Made by a program: the position numbers and the translations under genes
Assembly (NCBI GenBank): GCA_000320545.1
Contig: ADNK01000029.1
Location: forward strand, 124,001-188,000
DNA: 64,000 nucleotides
DNA from: Bigelowiella natans CCMP2755
Lineage: Eukaryota; Protista; Cercozoa
Direction: 5' to 3'
Shown here: positions 1 to 15,365 of the stretch, piece by piece
How positions within the stretch are numbered: the stretch's first letter is position 1
Layout: every line of letters begins with the position of its first letter
Notes under the pieces: generated by a model
The model's input: only the letters and a program-made list of their open reading frames with translations
Database searches by the model: none
Told to the model about the DNA's origin: nothing

Positions 1-851
1 GCCGGCCACTGCGTTTTTGGTGGCAAAAGCAACGGCGATTTTCCCACCAGAACCGTATCTTCCAGATGTACGCTCTACTGCAACAAATTTATGATCACCT
101 TCAAAATGCAACATTCGTTTCTCCCGCTCTCTGCCCCCCCCCCCCCCCCCCCCCTCTCTCTCTTAACAACCCCATTACTTATCACATGAACATTGTCAGG
201 ATACAAGATAATCAATCTCCACTGATTACGATGATGATGTTGTTGTTAATGAATATGATGATGTTGTTGTTAATGAATATGATGATGATGATGCACGATT
301 GGAGCGCGATGACAGTGTTGGTGATATGAGACGAAGTCACCGTGTTCTTATCGCACTCATTCACATTCGTTGCTTTTCTTCCATCAGGTTCCTCGTCCCA
401 ACCCCACCCCTGATACTGCTCACCGAGCGCCATCCGTTGTTCATCTGTATGCTGTGACGCGAGGCTGCGCTCTTCGGTTCTGGCAAGCGACAACCCCAGT
501 AGCTCGAGGCGATGACGCTTCTTCGCCGCTCTTGAACCATGGCCTGTGGACCCCTGTCGCTACACATCGTCTCGCAGCAGAAGCCAGCCATGATATCTAC
601 ATGCGCTTGCACAGCAGTAGCAAACGCCGCAAAATTGTCGCGCCTTTGCTATCGTCGTCGCCTCCTTCAACATGTACGTGCTCGGTGCACCCCCATCCGA
701 TAGAGAGCGTGGGGTTGGTCGCAGTTGTACGCAAGGGCGTCGTTTCGATATGGGCTATTGGATCTGATGTGGAGGTGGTTCCCAGGCTAGTTGACACTAA
801 GGAGCTGGTACGTTTCTCTCCACACCACCCTTTCCCCCCTCCCTCCTTCGG

Positions 852-890
<39 letters not shown>

Positions 891-1886
891 CACAGACATA
901 GCTCCACACAAAGAAAACACCACCTTCATGTGTGCACATGCCTATTGAGCTTCTGCTGTTTGATAATGATTCCAATGCGTCGCCCGTGTGAAATACAAAT
1001 TAGCATCTCATACGACCACTTCTTTAGGTGTACATCGCATCCCTCTCAGCGCACTCCGCAGGCTATGTCGCTGCAGCTTGGCATGTTGCAGAAGAGCGAG
1101 ACAGCAGCCTTAACGGCAGGAACAGTAGCGGTCACAGCAGCCGGAGAGAGGGCAAAGAAGAACAAAGGAAAAGGAGCAACCGTAAAGCTGGGACGAGTCT
1201 TCTTGGCTCAAATTCACTGCCAGGTACTTGGTTGCATGCCTGGTTCCCCCCCCTCCCCCCTCAACCCCCCTTTGTGCGCACTCTGATTCACATTAACATG
1301 CCAATGCTGTGATCATGAACGTTGCAGGCGTTGGCTCTCTGGTGTGCTGCACTGAGCGCCATCTTCATGTCTACAAGTGTGTGGAGGGGGAATGGCTGAG
1401 AACCCGCACCGCCTGCTTCCAGACTCTTGCCGCACACTCCTCCCCTCCGATTCTCTTCGTTCCCGGCACAGCTGAAGAACAGAGAGGGGGGGCTCAAGGA
1501 ACGGAGACGGCGAGGGACAATCGTGGCGGCGAAGGCACAAGCAGCAGCAGCAGCAGCAATACCCGGTGGTTGTTTCGCGTGTGTGAAGTGTGCACTGTTT
1601 CCTTCGGAGAAGAAGAAGGGAAAGCTGGAGGTGCTATTATGTGCGTACGCGGCGACAGAGAGGTGCGCATCTTCATGTGGCTTCCATCTCAGTACCAGGT
1701 AGTAGTAGTAGTAGTAGTAGTAGTAAGTAAGTGGAGGAGGAGGAGGAGGAGGAGGAGGAGGAGGAAGGGGTATTAGGAGTAGTAGAACTGTGACAACAGA
1801 CATATTATTCACGAATCATCCTTTGTTTCTCTGACCCTACATTATAATACTCAACCTTTCGGATGCGTGCGTCGTCTTTTTACTGT

Positions 1887-1920
<34 letters not shown>

Positions 1921-3152
1921 GCGTCGTGCTCAGGGAGCTACCGTGACAAAGTCGCGGTCCTCGCCTTTCTTCAAACAGCTGGGTAGGAGTGGTAGTAGAA
2001 GTGGGGTTTAACACCATTTACCATTTATGTATGGGTTTATCATCCCCTCCTCCAACAAAAACTGCAAGTAAATTAGGGCGACCATACCCCCTTATTTCTT
2101 TTCTTCCTCTCACATTTTTTGGCTCCGACTGCATTTTCCGGCCTGTTATCTCTCTCTTCTTCTTCTTCTCTTTCGACTGATGTGATCTCCGCCATCCATC
2201 GTTCGTCGTCGTCTAACACCGGTGAAACCACGACGCCCTTCTTCTTTTGTAGGCGGCCGCGGCACGCGTACGGCTAGCAAGGGTGCAGCAGCAGCATCAT
2301 CGTCGTCGTCCACGCGTAGCTCGATAACATCTCCTCCTTCCGGGCGCCCCACCACTGCCACCAGCACTCACAAAGCTAGGTACCGATCCATGGCGAGAGG
2401 TGGCAAGAGCGACTTTCTGGAAGCCATCGCTACCATATGCTCCGTCGTCGTTCGAGGCGACGGCCATGGCAGGAAGGAGGCCCCACCGAGATTCACAGCC
2501 ATGGTATGACTATTGATTTTGTTCGCATGATACTTTGGTGATGATGACCTCCACGATGACCACTGGATATGGGGGAGGAGTTGTTACTAGTGGTGGTAGT
2601 AACAGTAGTAGTAGTAGTTGTTGTTGTTGTTGTGTTGTGGTGCTGGTAGCAGTTGAAAGAGTGCGCGTAGTTTCTGCAACACGCCGTTCTAAAAAAATGA
2701 AGGCGACGCGAAATGAGTGTGGTTTTGTTGTATGTGTTGTTTTGCCGTACTTCTCCTCTTGCCGCTGCCAAAATCAACAACAAACCACAGTCCTTGACCA
2801 CGGAGTCTGGACATGCCGCATCCCTTCTGTTGGGGTGCAGCGATGGGAGCCTCCACCACTACTCAATCACCCGGAAAACCAATGACACTACTACAACAAC
2901 AACAACAACTACTACTACTACTGTGCCGACGATGGCCTTTGGCGTGTTGCATAGCTGGAAGACTTTGGCGCATCCGAGCGGCAGCCCAGTGCTGAGCATA
3001 GAACGGATACCGGGAATGTTTGCTTGCACTTCCACGAAGGACGATGTGGCTATATGGCAGGTATGGCGATGATTGATTCATTATGAGGGAAGGAGGGAGG
3101 AGTAGGAGGGGGGGGAGGGGGAGGAGAGGGCAGAGGAAGAGAGTTAACTGGG

Positions 3153-3186
<34 letters not shown>

Positions 3187-4911
3187 AACAATAGAGACTC
3201 TACATCCTCTTAGCTTCTTCCTCCTCCTCTTACTCCTCCTTGCTCTCAGGTGCTGCATCAGCAGGAGGGTAAAGGAAAACAGCAGCCCCGTCTGCTCGAC
3301 AGACATGCTATAGCTGCATCTGGCGATTCACACCGCCGCCGCCGCCGCCATGTAGCTGCTTACTCATCGTCATTATCGTCATCTGCATCATCATCATCAT
3401 CATCATCATCATCGTCGTCGTCGTCGTCACCTACTTCGTATTCGCCTATTACGGCGTTGTTTCATCTTGGAAACGGGCGGCCACTGTGTATGATCCTACT
3501 TCCGCCAAACCTGGCATATATCCGGTATTTCGATCCGTATGAGGACGCGTGGCGCAACCTGGGTGGTGGCGACGAGGACGACGATGAGAAGGGCCATCAT
3601 AGCTACCTCGGTGCGCACAGAACAACGTTACATCATCATCATCCTTATCACAATCGTCATTATTGAAATAATGATAAAAATAATATCCTCATTATCATCA
3701 TTATTATCATCATCATTATTATAAACAATCAATCCTGTCCTCGCCCATATTAATTTCCATTCGCCCTCCCCATCGCCAATTGTCTCTGTATATGCAATAC
3801 ACCAAAACGATACAATCGTCATCATCAGCGAGGATCGCCGGGTTCTCCTCTTCCCACTCCCCCCCGCAAGCAGCGTGCGCGTACGCTGGGGGCTTGATCA
3901 CGGCAGGGGCGACGCAGCGCTTCCACTGCCTCTCCTCCCTCTTGAGCAAAGTGCCAATCGTGGAACCGTTCTCACCTATGGTTCTTTCGTTGGACCTGCT
4001 GTGCGGCCGCATCCCTCGCGTCCAAAGGACGCTGAGCGCGTTGCTAGCGTTGTTGGATGGTGATGACGATGATAATGGGGCCGGAGGGGTGGGCAGTAGC
4101 AGCGACGCTAAGAGCAGGGGGAGGAGGGGGAGGAGGGCTGGAACAAGCCTTCTTGACCCGTACGTCCTCATGCCCTCGGAGAAAGATGTAACAACAACTA
4201 CGAACCAATCATCGAAGAGAGAAGAAGGGAGGAGGAGGAGGAGATGATGGTGCTTGGGTGCATGTATAGTCGTCGTAGACCACCAAAAAAAGGGCGACGA
4301 CTACCTCGATGTAGCAGCGATGCTAGTAGCCGAGCAAAGCGATGGAATTCATGCATGATTTCCCCCGTTGTACTGTTTCAGGTGAGACCTCTCGAGGCGG
4401 CGCCTTCTGCAGCAGTAGCAGCAGCAGCAGACACAAAAACATCGTCCTCCCCCTCGACCACTTCGGCGAGCAACAGCGGCGGATTCTCTGCAGGGGGGGG
4501 CGGGGGAATCTTCGGAAGGTTTCGTAGACGCCCAGTCATGCCCCCTGCCGCCGCTGCCGCTCCTTCTTCGTCGTCTTCCTTTGGTGGAGGAGGGGGGGGG
4601 ATGATGGCGAGTGGAACTACAAGCGGAGGATTAGGCGGTGGTTTCGGTTTCGCGGCACGTATGGCCAAAATGAGGGCCATGCGGGCAGCACAAGCTGCTG
4701 GGAACAGCAGCAACAACAGTGCAGCAGCAGGAGTGAGGATGGGAGGAGGAGGATCATCAATGCGCGGCGGAGGTGCTCGATTTATCGTCATCACCACCAC
4801 TACCACTTCCCATCATTATCAGTCGTAGCGTTGTTGTTGCTGTTGTTGTACTAGTTGTGTTTGCATTTAGTAGTGGTAGTAGTAGTAGTAGTAGTAATAG
4901 GAGTAGTAGAG

Positions 4912-4955
<44 letters not shown>

Positions 4956-4960
4956 CGCGT

Positions 4961-5020
<60 letters not shown>

Positions 5021-8000
5021 CAGCGGCACCGAAGAAGATGTGCGAGGTAGACAAGAAACTCTTTTCCCCGGAGGAGGCTGCACGCCTAGTCCGGATATTG
5101 GAGGCTCGCATTTCGTCCCAGGGGGGAAATAGCAGTACCACCACCACCAGTACCAGCAGCAACAGCAGAAGCCAGCTCTCCGAGCTCTTACACACGGCGA
5201 AAACGGTTGGAAGCGTCATCGAGGCCGGTGGGTCTTTGGATCATTTCGGAACTCGGTTCATGGCTGCGCTGAGGATGCTCGTAGAACGCCTGGGAGGTGG
5301 CCACTCTCACTCATCATGCGACCACGACGATGACGATGATGATGATATCAAAATGAAGTTATAGACATGAAAGTATTGCTACTGCACACGTGTTGGAGGA
5401 TGCCCGGTTATAGTGTTTCGCAATCGGTGTCAACGTTGCCATTGTTCTCTTCATGATTGTTGGTGTAACTCGCTTTCTCTGTCCCCCCCCCCCCCCCCCC
5501 TCTCTGTCTCTCTCTCTTTGTCTCTCTCTCTCCCTCTCTTCTTCATTGGATTGGTTGCGACCTTTCGTTCTGATTTCTAGGGGAAGAGACGTTGTTGAAG
5601 AATCTCGAGGCTTTAAAGCGCAACATGAAAAAGGAGAAAGAAGAGCAGGAAAAGGCAGAATCGAAGGGGAGCAGCGGAGTGGTTTTACGGCGTGCTTTGA
5701 ACAAGGTGCCCCCCTCTTGCATCATCCCACCAAGTAGTAAGCAAGTAAAAGAAATATGTTGGATGTGACGATTGTGGCAAAATGATTGTGATAGGCTGGC
5801 TCCTCATCATCACCATCAACGGGATCATCATCGTCATCTCCCTCATCTGTACCGTCATTACCAGAGATTATGCTTCGGGGCGAGCATTTCTGCCTCGCTA
5901 TCCATTCTACCGACCAGAAAACCCTCGTGAATAAGATACGCAGTGTGAAAGAATTTACCTGGGACTTGCTGGAGGCGACAGGTGGCTCGAGGACAATGAT
6001 GACGATGATGATGATGATGATATTTGTGTTATTATGATTGGCGGTGATTTTTCGCGATGACGCGACCGTGGAGACGTCATTTTGACCTTCTTCGTGTCTT
6101 CTTGCCTTTCCTGTGTGAAGATGATTAGATGCAGCTCCCACCACCTGATAACTAGCTGTTGTCATTCGTTAGGTGTAGTATTCTGGCTGCGAGAGAGCGA
6201 TGAGCTCAAAACGTTGGTGGAAATGGCGGGGAAGAATGCCTTTGTGCGCGGCGGGCGCGATCCGATGAAAGCGTTCATGTGGTCCGTAAGTCACTGACTT
6301 CTGATGATGTTATTTGGAGATCAGTATGCTGATGCTTTTCCAACATCATGGTCTCAGTGGTGGTGGTGGCGGCGAAGAAGAAGAAGAGGAAGTAGTAGGG
6401 AATGCGAGAGGTTTCTCATGGTGTTGGTGCTCACGCTTTGCTTTGATTATTTCTCCCTCCCTCTGCAGGTACCTCATAATTGGTAAGCTACGTGTGCTGA
6501 AGTTGCTGTTTGAGACGGATCAGCGGCCACAATCGCAGCGTTTGCTCGGGTTGTTGTCACTGGACTTCGATGACCCAAAAGGGAAGGGCGTGAAGACGGC
6601 AAAGGCACTTGCGTGCAACTTCCTTTCCAGTCACAAGTAAGTAAAGTAGTAGCAGCGGTGTGGGTGTGATGATCGTAGCGGTAATTCGTAAGTAGCTACC
6701 GGGGAGGAGAGGAGGAGGATGCTCATAAGATATTCTATACTAATAAGATGACGATTCGTCGAGAACACACACACACACACACATACACACATGTCTACTA
6801 CTACTACTACTACTACTACTACCAAGGTACTCCAACGCGGTCGCATTCTTCTGTTTGGCGAAGGACTACGAGTCAGCCGCTCAAATCGCACAAAATGAGC
6901 TGGATGATGTCTCGCTGCTCATGCTCATTGCTAGGGTAATATATGACAATGCTACCTAGCAGTTGTGTGTATCTTTCTGGAGACAAGATGCTCTGTGATC
7001 TATCTCTACATACACTGCGCGTATGCTGTTGGTGGCCGCCTAGAGTACAATGGGGGGAAATAAATCAAGGATTTTGGAATGGGGGCAGGGGTTGCTTTTC
7101 GAGGAACTCAGCTGCTGTAGTAGTCAAAAACAAGAAAAGCGCTGCTTTCAAATAGTTAATAAATAATCCGTATATAAATGTTCATTCAGGTGTCGGTGGG
7201 AGAGTCGAAGGGGCGTGAATTGATGAGGAAACTAGTGCTGCCGAAGGTTGCATCAGACCCCTGGCTCACACACGTCACTCGCTGGCATATTGGCGACTAC
7301 GAGGAAAGTCTCCTTGGCTTTGCGAACATCCCAGACAGCTTAGCCCCGAAGTCCGCCGCTTCTCTCGGGGCGTTTCTGAGACTGGTCAACGATTCGTCCA
7401 TAATGGTGAAGAAGAAGACCACGAATGGTGAGCAGCAGATGCGTGCGCTCAAAGCAAGCGAGGAGGTGATCAAGGTACCGTTTGTTGTGTTGTTTTTGGT
7501 TTCCTTTTTCTTTTCGTTTTCGCTTGGATGTTTGCCTCCTCCTCGTTATGTCTCTCACACCGCTACCACCACCACCACCACCCTACTCTTAACGCCCAAC
7601 GTCAATACACCATCAGTCCGTCACTCGAGCATCCGCATCCTCGTTGCTGCTGTGCGGTTGCTCCGCCGGCGCCCTCGCCGAAGTGCTGACGTTGACCGCA
7701 AAGAAGGGGTTGAAGCGAGATAGTAGTGAGAAAAAAGTCGTCGGGCAGTTTGGGGACGTCGGACGAGGAGGGGGGGCTGGAGCATCGTCAACAACGTCGT
7801 CATCGTCTTCCTCCCCCTCCTACGAGGTTGGAAGCGCAGATATGCCCATGATGCTCGCAGGGCTGCAGCAGGCCTTGAGCTACGTGGTTCAAACAATGGC
7901 GAACAACACGAAGAGGTGGGTTTCTTTTATCCACATATGTGTTTGACACCACGTGTATGATGATCCAGTATCCTTGCTGCTCTTTCGTGTGGCCAGCATA

Positions 8001-8343
8001 TTTTTCATGATTCTCTCCCTCCCTCCCCCCCTCCTTGTATCCTTCCCATAAATAATTACAATGATTCATAATTTACATATATAATCATGCACTTGGCAAC
8101 GGGCAGATACTCTTTGGTCAGCAGGACAACAGAGAAGGAGGCGGTCGCCGTGTCTTCCTCTTCTTCTTCTTCGTCATCATCATCATCATCAACAACAACA
8201 ACAAAATCCCCCATTCCACAACTTTCTTCCGGAGTTCCGCGGAAGCTTTTATCCCAGATCAAATCCAATTTTAAGGACTCCCCAGTGAGTGTGCTCTCTC
8301 TCTATCTCTATCTCTCTCTCTCTATTCCTCACCTCTCTCCTCA

Positions 8344-8399
<56 letters not shown>

Positions 8400-8441
8400 A
8401 CACGGATCATCAGAGAGAGAGAGAGAGAGAGAGAGACAGTC

Positions 8442-8506
<65 letters not shown>

Positions 8507-8520
8507 GCAAAATGTCCCTC

Positions 8521-8565
<45 letters not shown>

Positions 8566-9353
8566 ATGTGTGTGTGTGTGTGTATTGCTATGTGAAGAAT
8601 CTATTCTAACGATCTTCTCCTTCATCGTTCTCCATCAGCAGACAACAAGGGCCGCAGCAGCAGCAGCAAGGGGCATTCACGTGCTTCTAAGCTGTCTCAT
8701 CTGGCCTGCGCGTCGATAAGTGGCGGAATCATCATATCTTCCAACGGCCACGACGATGACGACGATGATGATGATGGTGGTGGTAGGAGCAGCAGCAGCA
8801 CTAGCAACAGCAAGCTACCTGAGGGAGCGACGAGAAGGAGCAGCAGCAAGAAGAGGAGGGGGAGGAAAAGCCCCCACATCAACGACGCCCGGGGCGTGTG
8901 TAGGATGGTCAGCTTGATGGCCTTACTAAGGGCGAGTCTGCTGTCGGTGGAAGAGGGCGGCCGGGGCTTCGCGGCACTGAAAGAGCTCTTAGACCTGGAG
9001 AAGACATGCAAAACAGCCGTGGGGATGATGGATGAAGACCTCTTTGATGCCAGATTGAGGGACATCTCAGGCCGTTTCATGAGAGCGACCGCCTCAGCAG
9101 CAGCAGCCGCCGAGGAGGGGGAGAGTGGACGGCGTCCACGTGGAGGAGACGGTAAGGAGGGAAAGAGGAAATCAGGCGATGAGCCGGATCAAGGTACGGT
9201 TGGTTGCTATTGCTGCCAACAACGATTCACGCCATCAACGTGCTGCTGCTGCTGCTGCTACTAGATAGTACTAGCAAGTGGTAGTCTAGACTACATCTTA
9301 ACAGACTGGAAGGAAAGAATGGGGGTCTGCACGAGAGACGCGTACAATATTCC

Positions 9354-9420
<67 letters not shown>

Positions 9421-9625
9421 CCAATCTGCTAATACGAACTATTTCCTACCAAAGAAGGCAAGGTGAGCGACTACTATGATGAGGCCATCTCCAAGATGGA
9501 TGTGATGCTCAAAAAGCTGAATCGTATCAATGAGGAAGAGGATGACGGGCCGCAGACATTCGTCAGATTGGCCAAAAGGTGGTGGTTGTCGTTGTCATCT
9601 TTAATCAATTAAAAGATACCTATTA

Positions 9626-9664
<39 letters not shown>

Positions 9665-9902
9665 TTAGATATCATTCTTACTATCATTATTACTGCTGCT
9701 GCTGCTGCTGCTGGTGGTGTCTTACAGGTGTCAGGAGGTTGCAGCAGGCGTCGTTACAGTCCTGGCTCTCGATGTATGACAACTTGATATTTTATATAAA
9801 TATATGTGGACATTTATATATGCCACCACCACCACTAGAAGCAAAAGCATATGGTGCATTTGGTGCATGCGAGAGAATTACTACCTGGCATCACTTGTAC
9901 AC

Positions 9903-9942
<40 letters not shown>

Positions 9943-11459
9943 CGTCAGCGCGATATATGGTGCTGCATACATATCCTCCTCCTCCTCCTCCAAAAGTAAT
10001 AATCGTATATTCATAGGCATTCGATGGCCTGGTGTCGTTCGCATCGGCTAGATCACGAATCCCAGCGTCCTTCTCCTCATTCTCGCCCACAGGGTCCAAG
10101 ATCTCCTCGCAGGCTCCCCCTCCCCCCCCCTTCCCCATCTACGTAGCACGTACGCGGGCATCGATCTCGGTGTGCAGGAACAAAATCGCACGGCAGGTGA
10201 TGCGGCGCTTCGAGAGGCTTGTGAGTCTTGCTGTGCTGCTGAGGAAAGAGCAGATTAGAGAGCGGAATCTGCTCAAGGAGGCGCGGAAAGCTGCGCCGAG
10301 GAGGCGCCGGAGGGCAGGGCAGGACAAGGAGAAGAAGAAAAAGAAGGAGGTTGTTTGCTTGTCTTAGTCATTTTATGCAGTCTCAGTTGCCTTGCTCTGT
10401 GCCTCCCCCCCCCCCCTCCCCCCCCCCTTTTTTTTCCTGGCGATGAACTATTTGACGATGATTTCGAAGGTGCAGCATACAGTGTATACAACAACTTTCT
10501 CCTCTTTCCTCCTTGTCCTATCTCATTGTTGCCTGTGTGGTGCTGGGGGTGTTCGTTGATGATAGCAATGTTGCTTTTGGTTCTTCAGCTGCTAGATCTC
10601 TTAGACCCTCTTCTTCTTCTTCTTCTTCTTCTTCTCTTTTTCCTCCTCCATCCCGCCTCTCCTTCTCATCCTTCTCCTGCCTACCTACCTGCTAATGCTT
10701 CCTGCAATTATTCCACCGTCATCACCATCATCATGATTATCTTCATCATCATCAATACGTCGGCTTGTGCTTCTCCTTATGCGTAGGAAAAAGAGGCCAC
10801 AGTCTGGGATCCGATCGAAGACGATGATACCGAGGATAGCGAGGAAGTGAAGCAAGCGTTGGAGCTCTCTGCACTTAAGGAATGGCAGCAAAATCACGGT
10901 AATAACCGGGCGAGCGCGGCAGGGTGTACGCACACACACACACACACACAAACATATATACACTCTCACATATATTATTACTCCTTCACCATGTAAAAAA
11001 AATTCTCAGTATCATCCATCATCATCCATCAACAACATCCAAACATGGGATTTCATCCTGAACGCTGCTCTTCAACCAAAAATCCCTAACCCCCCCTCCC
11101 TCCCCTCCACACCGCCAGGACTGGATTTATGGCGGTCGCTAGGCGCTTCCAAGATCTTAGGAGCTCTCGCGCAGGAAATCATCGACTACGTGAAACATGA
11201 AAGCGGTTGTAATAATTGTAATAACAATGTATATTTCGCAGCACGCATACATCAAAAGCACAGCACCCAGAACCTCATATGTTAATACGAGCGATGGTTC
11301 TCTCTCCTGCTGCTGCTGCCATCATCATGCCAAAATAATAATTAGGTTGGCCTCAGCTACAAATGCCTACTGAGATCTTCGGTGCAAAGGTGGTGCTTGA
11401 TCCTTCCACCCGCCCACCCCTCTCCCGTTTGCATAACAACACACACACACACACACAAA

Positions 11460-11499
<40 letters not shown>

Positions 11500-11811
11500 C
11501 GAGATACTATGAACCCTCGGATTACCAAAATATACCCCCACCACCACCACCACCACACCACGGTGATCCATACCAACGCTCTTATTTTTTGCACGTACTC
11601 GATGCACAGGAGGGCGGCGCCTCTTCCTCCTCCTCCTCCTCGCACTCCTCCCATGGATCGCACCACTACCTCGAAGGCGTGATGGACGTCGTCTGTAACT
11701 CAAACACCCCCGACTATATTGCGATTGCCACTGCGAGTGGTATAAGAGAGTTCTCAACCTATGCTTCTCTCAATTTCCGGATGCGAGCTACTGGCACTGG
11801 ACGCCTGAAGG

Positions 11812-11852
<41 letters not shown>

Positions 11853-12365
11853 TGGAGGAGCAAATGGAACGATCGCTTCCCCATGTGCGTAGCAGCAGAC
11901 ACTACTTTTACGCTGCCAAAGGAGAACAACAGCTACTTTCCCGTATTTAGTGATCGAGTGGTTGCAGCTGCTCTGCTTCTATTTCCTCCTCCCTCCCCCC
12001 TCCCCTCCCTCCCTCCCTCTCCTCCTTGATTACAACTTATCATGCACACCATCAGGACGGAGAGAAAGACACATGGGAGGGATGTTTGCATCGGTTCGAC
12101 CAGAATCTTCAGGGTCTCAATTCTCCACAAGCAAGATCCCAGATTCACTCTGTAGCCCTCCCCCCCTTCCCCCACCCATTTTCGTTTCCTGCGCAATGGT
12201 TATGATATTCAAGATAACGATAACGATGGCGATGAAGATGGTCGATGATGATCATCATGATCATGCATGATATCCATCCTTCATCATCATCAATGCAGCA
12301 GAGAGAAATTAAGAACGTACTCGTTGCACATCGACGTGTGGGACACGCACTATAGGAAAATCGGC

Positions 12366-12396
<31 letters not shown>

Positions 12397-13388
12397 TTAT
12401 TCTCATTCAGATCGATCCAAATCCGATGCGACGCCTGAGCGGGCTGATCACGCCATCCTCATCCTCGACGTATTTTTCATCGTCGCCGTTCTCATTAGCG
12501 GCACAAACGACAGCAATCTCCAATACCCCCCCTAGTGTTCCACCTGCCCCCCCCCCACTGTACGCGAAGATCCTGAGGTAATGGCGGTTGTTGCTGTTGT
12601 TGTTGTTGATGATGATGATGTTGTTGGAAAGCAAGAATTCTAAGCACGCAAAGTTCAGCATCCAATCATGCTGCTGTCGCTATCTGTATTTGCTTTCAAG
12701 GTCCTTCGATCGGAAAAAGAGAATGATGACCAAGAACCCTGCTGCCGGTGGTGCTAGTGCCGGCGGGTCGTCATCGTATACGACAGGAATCGATCGAGAC
12801 TCTCCGATCGCTATGCTTGCGGCGCATCCGGTTTGATGAGAGAGCAACAAGAAGAAGAAGATGAAGATGATAATTAGACACAGATGTGGGGGTGTAAGCG
12901 GGATGTGATTTCTAGCCGCCATGGCATTGTTCGTGTGACAAAATCAAATGAGCAGTTCCCTCTGTCTAAAGCACAACGATGCCTTTCTTACGTATTACGC
13001 GTTCACCACCATCGTCATCATCATCGTCATCATCATCGTCACCACCATCGTCATCACCACTACCAGACGTACCCCCTCTACGCCTCCGCGTCGGTGGATG
13101 GAAAGATAGCGCTCTGGCACTTCGCACGCATCGCCCCTATCTGGGAGTTTTCCGTCCCAAAAAGCTCCGCCTCGAAGACCGTTTCACTGAAGTTCAACCA
13201 GCCCGGTACTACCACTGCTACTACTACTTCTACTATTACACTACTACTAGTAGTAGGTGTAGTAGTAGGTGTAGTAGTAGCAGTGGTAGCAGTCCAGAGA
13301 GAGAGAGAGGGAGCACGCACGAAAAAAGGAGAGGACGGAGACGATGATGCCCCTGCTTCGCCGGCCCCTCTTCCTCTTCCTCCCCCTT

Positions 13389-13425
<37 letters not shown>

Positions 13426-13976
13426 CACGCTCCTGCTGCATTCTCCTCACTGACGCAATCGACAGGCAACAAACTAGCGTGCGGCATGGGGAATGGTTCG
13501 ATTCACGTTTTCCACGTCGGTAAGAAGAGCTCTCTCCTCATAGCAGCAGTATTTGATGATATGTGATTGGTGAAGAACGAGATATCACAATATATACTAT
13601 TGTGTAGCACTACCTCTATCCGCCCCCCCCCCCCCCCCCCCTCCCCCCCTTCCCCTTTCCCCGCTCGCTCTGTGTGTGAATTGACTGATCTCCACACCCT
13701 AATCCCGAATCAATGAGGTATGGCGCGTGGCGGATACCCGTCCTTACCTTTCATGATCTTGGACGCAAAGCAGCAGATAAAGCCGCTGCACGACTTCGCG
13801 TTCGTAAAGGCAAGGTTGTACCACGATGATGATGATGATAATAATAATGATAATAATAATCATGATAATAATAATACTACCCGAATCGCATTTTTTTTCT
13901 TTTTAAATCGATATATGGCGGTAGCAGAAGTGGGGAAAACAAACGAGTTGTGCGATCTCTGAGATGACGATGATGC

Positions 13977-14008
<32 letters not shown>

Positions 14009-14127
14009 ATGATGATAATGATATGGATTATGTGAAGCCGGGGGTGGTAGGTATCAGAATCGACAATAAACATCATCGCTCGCTACATTTGAGCTAAAAG
14101 CAGGAACAAAAATAACAAAAACAACTA

Positions 14128-14164
<37 letters not shown>

Positions 14165-14336
14165 CAACAACTCCTATCATCAGCGGTAGCTTGATAGCAA
14201 CGGCAGGTGGCGGACACCGTTCCGATCTGTGCGTATGCATCTGGGACACGCTGCTACCCGGGGCAATGGTATGTGCTTGTAAGCAGCGCCACTGTTATCT
14301 GCATCGTCACTGATATTATTATTACTATCATTAGGA

Positions 14337-14369
<33 letters not shown>

Positions 14370-14409
14370 CAATGATAGAAAGAAGAACGCAGCCAGAGAA
14401 TCTACTTCG

Positions 14410-14442
<33 letters not shown>

Positions 14443-14635
14443 GAATGAGGATAATGACGGTGGTGATTATGATAATGGCACCACCCGGACTATCCTCTTA
14501 TGTGCGTCTTTTCTTTCGCATCTACGCTATCTCTATTTCAGGGTCTGCGGCATGCGTTCCATTGCCATGTCGATGCTGCTGCAACGAGCATTGTATACAT
14601 CCCAGGTACTTTAACCATAAATATAATATATATAT

Positions 14636-14679
<44 letters not shown>

Positions 14680-14833
14680 GCAGCAGAGGATTGTTAGTTT
14701 TTGAGCGGAAAGAAAGCAAGTAGCGCAAATCAACGACCTCCCCATTTGCGCCATACACATTACGTGTTTCAACGTAGATGGCATTCTGTGTGTTTCGAAG
14801 TTATCAATGCTAGTCCCGAGCTGTTGCGCATAT

Positions 14834-14870
<37 letters not shown>

Positions 14871-15365
14871 GCTTAGAACGAGACGTATTAATATCCGCGG
14901 GGTCCAAGGGCAAGCTGCATTCATTCGACCTGAAAATGTAGTGCAATACGATAAAACTTTGTAGAGGAGAAGATTCCATCATCATCCAAATAACGTTCAT
15001 CATCCACGCTTTGAGTCGTTGTGCTGAATCTGAACGGCATCGCCAAGCGATACGCAAGAGTAGTGAGAAGAAGGAGAGGGCGGAGGAAGACAGTACACTT
15101 GCCTAGAAGATGTTTGATAGCATGAAACCATTGCTTCATCTCCTTGGCGAACACCAACCCCACACAATCGATAATGATGATAATAATATCTTTCTCTGTG
15201 TGTGTTGCTAGGATGCGGAAAGGTGCTATGGTAGCGGGTGCACATACGGGAAGAATCGATACGATTGCCTACGACGCCAAGGCGGATTTACTCGCTACCG
15301 CCGGCATTGATGGCCACATACGGCTTTGGACGCCAGACCTGCAGCTTGCACCGCTTCACAAGTAG
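1..15365 (+). CDS. DMXL: DmX-like / Rabconnectin-3alpha / Rav1 family WD40 protein (V-ATPase assembly regulator), multi-exon, 5' end outside window
   Basis: Spliced exons at about 5850-6940 give a Rav1p_C-like segment (FTWDLLEATG/VVFWLRESDELKTLVEMAGKNAFVRGGRDPMKAFMW/YLIIGKLRVLKLLF...LSLDFDDPKG...NFLSSHK/YSNAVAFFCLAKDYESAAQIAQNELDDVSLLMLIAR). C-terminal WD40 exons are typical of DMXL (LAAHP/YPLYASASVDGKIALWHF, KFNQPG, HDFAFVKA/SGSLIATAG...CIWDTLLP, AHTGRIDTIAYD...ATAGIDGHIRLW). Stop TAG at 15363-15365. Confidence 0.85.
8300..8585. repeat. Compound intronic microsatellite (CT)n-(CA)n-(GA)n-(TA)n-(CT)n-(GT)n, representative of dozens of SSRs in 1-15 kb, 27-29.5 kb and 47-51 kb
   Basis: Directly visible dinucleotide tracts. 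Similar compound blocks occur at 4870-5018, 9357-9418 and 50947-51037. Confidence 0.95.

Noticed and set aside
231-292. 24-bp tandem duplication atgatgatgttgttgttaatgaat
   Set aside because: Ordinary intronic slippage product in an SSR-rich region.
13800-13820. Possible non-canonical GC donor (AAG|GCAAGG) in the DMXL-like gene
   Set aside because: The nearby GT donor (GCAAG|GTTGTA) gives the correct phase (DFAFVKASGSLIA).
66-15245. Dozens of 60-200 aa ORFs with poly-YI/HT/CV/SL/V/L tracts
   Set aside because: They are translations of intronic microsatellites or exon-intron read-through within the DMXL-like gene, not independent genes.
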